This document shows positions 59,491 to 64,000 of a stretch of DNA of 64,000 nt, in pieces. Every line of letters starts with the position of its first letter. The first letter of the stretch is position 1. A program made the position numbers and the translations under genes. The stretch lies in contig CAXXLZ010000001.1 of assembly GCA_963675595.2 (NCBI GenBank), forward strand, positions 384,001-448,000, given 5' to 3'. The notes beneath the pieces are model-generated. The model worked only from the letters and a program-made list of their open reading frames with translations. It ran no database searches and was not told the origin of the DNA. The DNA comes from Thermodesulfobacteriota bacterium (GTDB lineage: Bacteria > Desulfobacterota > Desulfarculia > JACQYL01).

Positions 59491-60144
59491 ATGAGTATTC
59501 GGATTCTGCTTGCGGAAGACCAGTTTCTTATCCGGGAAGCACTCAAGGACCTCATTGAACGGGAGCCCGATTTTGAGGTGGTCGCCGAAGCGGACGACGG
59601 CAGAGACGCCGTGCAACTGGCGGGTGAAACGCTCCCTGATGTCGTAATCATGGATATCTCCATGCCCCATTTGAACGGCGTGGAAGCCACTCGCCGAATC
59701 CGGAACAAAGTTCCCGGAGTGAAGGTAATCGCGCTTACCATGCATACCGATCGACTTTTCGTCAGCGAGATGTTGCGGTCGGGAGCCTCCGGTTTCCTGG
59801 TGAAGCACGGATCATTTGAAGAGCTGGTGACCGCGGTCCGGTCGGTGATTTCCGGAAGAACATATCTCAGTCCTTCCGTGGCCAATGTGGTGGTCGAGGG
59901 ATTCCTGAACGAAAATGAAAGAAAGGATCCTTCGCCCTTCAACGTCCTTTCCCACCGTGAAAGAGAGGTGCTGCAACTGCTGGCGGATGGAAAGACGGCG
60001 AGAGAGATTGCGAATCAGCTCAGCATCAGTAGGAGCACGGTGGAATCCCACCGTCGGCAACTGAAGATCAAACTTAAAGTGGACACCATGGCGGGTCTGA
60101 TCAAATACGCCATTCGTCACGGTCTTACCAATCTGGATTCCTGA
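59491..60144 (+). CDS. NarL/LuxR-family response regulator
   Basis: Receiver domain plus LSHREREVLQLLADG...TVESHR HTH. Confidence 0.95.
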   Translation: MSIRILLAEDQFLIREALKDLIEREPDFEVVAEADDGRDAVQLAGETLPDVVIMDISMPHLNGVEATRRIRNKVPGVKVIALTMHTDRLFVSEMLRSGASGFLVKHGSFEELVTAVRSVISGRTYLSPSVANVVVEGFLNENERKDPSPFNVLSHREREVLQLLADGKTAREIANQLSISRSTVESHRRQLKIKLKVDTMAGLIKYAIRHGLTNLDS

Positions 60145-60387
60145 ACGGCGTCGGGCCTTCGAACTCAATTCCTCGTCCCTCTCTTCCGCCTCCTTATGAA
60201 TGTTTTTTAGACCGGTCTCGAATCGAATTCCCGTGCGCTGAACGGGCCGGCCCTGTTTTCGGGGTCTCGGAGTATACGTGGCCGAAGGCTCGTTTCGGCC
60301 TTTTCCGAAAGCTGGAACGGCATTCGCCATCGTGGACCTCGCAGTACCGGCTCCGAAACCTTGTCCAACGCGGGTTTCAGGAATTAG

Positions 60388-60470
60388 TGCTCAAAAAATG
60401 AGCAGCTAACCCTGCTTATTTTGATTTCTAATGCAATTTCAATAAGATCTGCCGGCTCAAATTTTGAGCA
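60388..60470. promoter_or_regulatory. Pair of palindromic operator/enhancer sites (T/G)GCTCA-N5-TGAGCA
   Basis: TGCTCA-AAAAA-TGAGCA at 60388-60404 and GGCTCA-AATTT-TGAGCA at 60454-60470. Confidence 0.7.
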
Positions 60471-60552
60471 GGAATGTTTGAGAATTGTTCAGTTATTGGG
60501 CAGATATCGGCGGTGCTCCAAATAAATAGCGTGAATTCAATCGATTAGCATG

Positions 60553-60568
60553 TGGCATAGGCCTTGCT
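60553..60568 (+). promoter_or_regulatory. Sigma-54 (-24/-12) promoter
   Basis: TGGCATA-GGCC-TTGCT with GG-N10-GC spacing, upstream of the second NarL regulator. Confidence 0.75.
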
Positions 60569-60674
60569 ATCGGAGAGCGGGAGAAAGAACCTGATTATTT
60601 CCGGACGTCCGTCCGTTTGCTCCGTCCCGCCGGCTCGTGCTCCGAAGGCTGGAGACGGGAGAAAGGAAAGCCGC

Positions 60675-61328
60675 ATGGCCATTCGGATCCTATTGGTGGA
60701 GGACCACATCATTGTACGTGAAGCGCTTCGGCGAATGATGGAAAAACATCGCCACCTGGAAGTCGTGGGAGAAGCCGATAACGGCCGGGACGCCGTGCTC
60801 CTTACGGGAGAGTTGTTTCCCGACGTCGTCGTGATGGATTTGAGCTTACCCAAACTTAACGGGGTGGAGGCCACCCGTCAGATCGTATCCGAACATCCCG
60901 ATGTTCGCATCGTCGCACTTTCGATGCATGTGGAAAGGGTATTCGTCGCCGAAATGTTGCGCGCGGGAGCTGCGGCCTATGTGGTCAAAAGCGGCCCCTT
61001 TTCCGAAGTGCTCGACGCGGTTGAAGCGGTTTCTCGAGGCCGTAAGTATTTGAGTCCCGCCGTAGCGGGCATCGTGGTGGAAGGCTTTCTGGGGAGGGAT
61101 CAGGAGGCGAAGACTTCGGCGTTCATGGTTTTGACGGATCGGGAAAGAGAAGTTCTTCAACTCATCGCCGAGGGGCAGTCCACCAAAGAGATCGCCACCC
61201 AACTTCAGGTGAGTCCCAGCACGGTGGATTCTCATCGCAGGCAGTTGAAGTTGAAGCTCAGCATCCACAACATCGCGGATCTGGTCAAGTACGCCATTCG
61301 ACAGGGATTGACCGGCCTTGAGGCATGA
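60675..61328 (+). CDS. NarL/LuxR-family response regulator (paralogue of 59491-60144)
   Basis: ATG 60675 after AAGGA; receiver domain plus LTDREREVLQLIAEG HTH. Confidence 0.95.
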   Translation: MAIRILLVEDHIIVREALRRMMEKHRHLEVVGEADNGRDAVLLTGELFPDVVVMDLSLPKLNGVEATRQIVSEHPDVRIVALSMHVERVFVAEMLRAGAAAYVVKSGPFSEVLDAVEAVSRGRKYLSPAVAGIVVEGFLGRDQEAKTSAFMVLTDREREVLQLIAEGQSTKEIATQLQVSPSTVDSHRRQLKLKLSIHNIADLVKYAIRQGLTGLEA

Positions 61329-61331
61329 GGT

Positions 61332-62063
61332 TCACGGTCTGTGAACGAGTTCTTTGAGCTGTACCGCCAACAGCATTTTAAGGGCGTCTTCGATTCTCCG
61401 GTCCAGCCGTTTATCCTGCTCGGAGAGCGCGGTTTCGAATTCGGCGCTTTCTCGAGTCAGCGTCGGAAAACCGCGACCCGGACCTCGTCCTACGAGCTGC
61501 AACCCCACCACGCCCCAGGACGGCTCCCACAGGGATATCCATAGTCCGGTGCCTTCATTGCATAGGCAAAGGTAGAAGCTCTCCGGACGGCTGCAGGCCG
61601 CGGCGTCCAGTTCTTGGATTCGTTTGGGCGTTCCAAGGAGTTCTGAAAGGCGTTCTTCCAGCGATAGGAAGCGCCGCCGCCCTACGTCGCCGTCGGCGTC
61701 TCCAAGGATCTCGGCTCCTTTCCAAACGGTTTTCACCAATCCATAGTCACGGTCCATGATGAGCAGGAACAGGTCGGTGGCGGGCAGATATTCAGGCGCA
61801 TAGTCCATTCGATAGATGGAAAAGCGTCCGATTTCTCTTTCCAGGGTAACCTCTTTTCCCTTCTTTTCGATATCTTGAACCTGCATTCCCCATTGGAATT
61901 CGGGGGCGTCGCCCGCCCTCGCGGAGGGAACCGACAGCAAGACGGCTAAAGCCGTCAGCAGACTGAAAAAGAGGGATTCGGCCGAGAAAAGGGTAGGGCG
62001 GTGCGAGAATCTCAGGGACGACTTTGAGAGGTCGCACATGGTGGATCGAGTCATTTCAACCAT
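61332..62063 (-). CDS. Hypothetical exported protein
   Basis: Signal-like segment ending SARA/G, then PEFQWGM; overlaps the upstream stop codon; start uncertain. Confidence 0.6.
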   Translation of the reverse strand: MVEMTRSTMCDLSKSSLRFSHRPTLFSAESLFFSLLTALAVLLSVPSARAGDAPEFQWGMQVQDIEKKGKEVTLEREIGRFSIYRMDYAPEYLPATDLFLLIMDRDYGLVKTVWKGAEILGDADGDVGRRRFLSLEERLSELLGTPKRIQELDAAACSRPESFYLCLCNEGTGLWISLWEPSWGVVGLQLVGRGPGRGFPTLTRESAEFETALSEQDKRLDRRIEDALKMLLAVQLKELVHRP

Positions 62064-63043
62064 GAAATGCCCCCGTGTGGGTTGGCCCAGTTCAACGGGG
62101 CTTCTCCCGACATGACTCGGCGTATGTTTTCAGCCACTCCTGAGCCGATGCCATGGTAAGAAACATCGGTTACGCCTCCGATGTGCGGTGTGACCAGAAG
62201 ATTTGAACACTGGAAGAGTGCATCTTCGGGGTCCGGCGGTTCGCTCCAATACACATCCAGGGCCGCTCCTCCGATTCGGCCGCGGTTCAACGCCGCCTGG
62301 AGCGCCTCCTTGCCGATAATGGGGCCACGCGACGCGTTGATGAGAAAGGCGCCGTCGGGCATGAGGTCGAACTCCTTTTCACCGATGAGTTCGAAGGTTT
62401 CAGGCTTCAGCGGCAAACAGATGAAGAGGTAATCCGACATCGCGATGAGTTGGGGAAGGGAGTCCATGTCTCCCAACCAGACTAGATGGAATCGCTCTTT
62501 CAGATCGTGGTCGGGACTCCGCTTGACCGCCGCGAGGTGCATTCCGAACGGACGCAGTCGGGATGCCAGGGCTCTGCCGATGCCGCCGAAACCAACGAAT
62601 CCCGCGGTCCGACCGATGAGGGACCGCCCGGCGGGAGCCCCCCAGGGGCCTTTTTCACGAACAGTCGCTTCGACGGCGGGATAGCTGCGGCTGAGGCAAA
62701 TGGCGGCCATAACGCACCATTCGGCCACGGACTCCGCGTTTCCGGTGTTCTCCGTGGGCACGTTGGCCACGGCCACCTTGTATCGGCGGGCCATTTCCTG
62801 GTCCACACCATCCAGACCGGATCCCCACTGCTGGATCAGACGAAGTCTGTCGGCGGCTCGGAACACGGACTCGTTAATCCTGGTCATGGCCGGTATCAAC
62901 ACGTCCGCCTCTTTCACGGCGTTTTCCAGGTGTTCGACCTCCGATGCCTCCACGGTGCTCGCGGGCAGCAACGCTCTCAGGTGATGCACCAAGGGTTCGA
63001 AATGCTTTCCGGCGACAACGATGTGAGCTTTGATTTCAGGCAT
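62051..63043 (-). CDS. D-isomer-specific 2-hydroxyacid dehydrogenase
   Basis: NAESVAE, VGFGGIG, INASRG, ALDVYWSEP and TPHIGG motifs. Confidence 0.93.
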   Translation of the reverse strand: MPEIKAHIVVAGKHFEPLVHHLRALLPASTVEASEVEHLENAVKEADVLIPAMTRINESVFRAADRLRLIQQWGSGLDGVDQEMARRYKVAVANVPTENTGNAESVAEWCVMAAICLSRSYPAVEATVREKGPWGAPAGRSLIGRTAGFVGFGGIGRALASRLRPFGMHLAAVKRSPDHDLKERFHLVWLGDMDSLPQLIAMSDYLFICLPLKPETFELIGEKEFDLMPDGAFLINASRGPIIGKEALQAALNRGRIGGAALDVYWSEPPDPEDALFQCSNLLVTPHIGGVTDVSYHGIGSGVAENIRRVMSGEAPLNWANPHGGISWLK

Positions 63044-63299
63044 GATCCAAATATTCTCCGAATAGGTTCGTCGGGTTGCGTATGGTCGTACTGAAACGCG
63101 GCCGCGAGGGATTGTGAACGACTGAATAGGGTTGCGCAGAGGCGTCGTTTCGTCAGCCGCTCTGTTGACTCTCCCCGCGTGCAAACCATCCTTAAACCCT
63201 TAGGCTCCGAGCCACCAGAGGCGAAACGACTGTGCTCGAAAAGGTTCGCCTCCCCGTTGGCTGGTTGCAGGTTAGGAGACGACCTTCGGCACGGCAAGC

Positions 63300-64000
63300 T
63301 CAACAGTCCGGGCGTCGTTCGGTATTTCTTTCTTCTACCTCCCCGGATGCGCGGGCTCGTTTGATCCAGACCTGCAGAATGCTGATGGCGGCCGGTGTAA
63401 TGCCCGAGATGCGAGACGCCTGCCCCAGGGAACGGGGCCGGATTCGGCCGAGTTTCTCCTTCACCTCGTTGGACAAGCCGGGAATCCCGCTGAATTCCAG
63501 AGCGTCAGGGATGGTTTCCGACTCCGCCTGACGGAAGCGGGCCACTTCATCCTCTTGCCGCCTGATGTAGCCGTCGTACTTCACCTGAATCTCCACCTGT
63601 TCGGCGGCAACGGCGGAAAGGTGCGACAGGCCCTCGTCAAAGCGGGCCAAGCCCTTCAGGCGGATTTCCGGGCGTCGCAACAGGTCTTCCAGGGTGGCCG
63701 GATTAATCAAAGGTGCGGAACCCAGTTCGCGTAATTGATCGTTGACCGCCGCGGACGGCATCAGTCGTTGAGCCCGGATGCGCTCAAGCAGGCTTTCGAC
63801 GGCTCGTTTTTTTTCCTGAAAAGCCTGATATTCCGCATCCTTCAGAAGCCCGATGGATCGCCCTCGTTCACAGAGTCGCAAGTCCGCGTTGTCCTCACGA
63901 AGCAACAAACGATACTCCGCCCGACTGGTGAACATTCGGTATGGTTCCTGCGTTCCGCGAGTGACCAGATCGTCGATCAGCACTCCAATGTAGGCATCGG
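63300..64000 (-). CDS. mnmG: tRNA uridine-5-carboxymethylaminomethyl synthesis enzyme MnmG, C-terminal part (partial)
   Basis: AYIGVLIDDLVTRGTQEPYRMFTSRAEYRLLLREDNADLRL and ASRISGITPAAI. Confidence 0.97.
   Translation of the reverse strand, partial: DAYIGVLIDDLVTRGTQEPYRMFTSRAEYRLLLREDNADLRLCERGRSIGLLKDAEYQAFQEKKRAVESLLERIRAQRLMPSAAVNDQLRELGSAPLINPATLEDLLRRPEIRLKGLARFDEGLSHLSAVAAEQVEIQVKYDGYIRRQEDEVARFRQAESETIPDALEFSGIPGLSNEVKEKLGRIRPRSLGQASRISGITPAAISILQVWIKRARASGEVEERNTERRPDC

Overview
GC-rich bacterial chromosome segment. Gene content and order point to a Desulfobacterota (deltaproteobacterial) anaerobe; this is an inference. Left to right: (1) housekeeping run infB(3' end)-DUF503-rbfA-DHH/NrnA-truB-rpsO-pnp-M16 peptidase-MBL hydrolase-holA, followed by an FrhB-like protein, iorA/iorB and a PadR regulator; (2) groES/groEL, an MFS transporter and small regulatory proteins; (3) PepN-type aminopeptidase, a J-domain protein and an orphan B12/radical-SAM protein of the RiPP-maturation type; (4) a 12-kb minus-strand cluster (CDP-alcohol phosphotransferase, inositol-3-P synthase, HAD, NTP-transferase, ATP-grasp, class III aminotransferase, Gfo/Idh/MocA dehydrogenase, LPG-synthase-like flippase, MMPL/HpnN-like transporter). 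This is the best candidate for an undescribed system, probably an amino-inositol (inosamine) lipid or solute pathway, and it has a structured switch-like leader and an exact 519-bp tandem duplication; (5) an accessory patch with a class 3 lipase, a decayed ISAs1 transposase, a 1126-aa secreted HEXXH protein with an internal repeat and a disrupted Fe-S/VTT gene; (6) a dense two-component/sigma-54 signalling array around an SLC13/DASS permease, with two clear sigma-54 promoters, then a 2-hydroxyacid dehydrogenase and the 3' end of mnmG. No rRNA, tRNA or CRISPR array was recognised. All family calls come from motif recognition by eye, without database searches.
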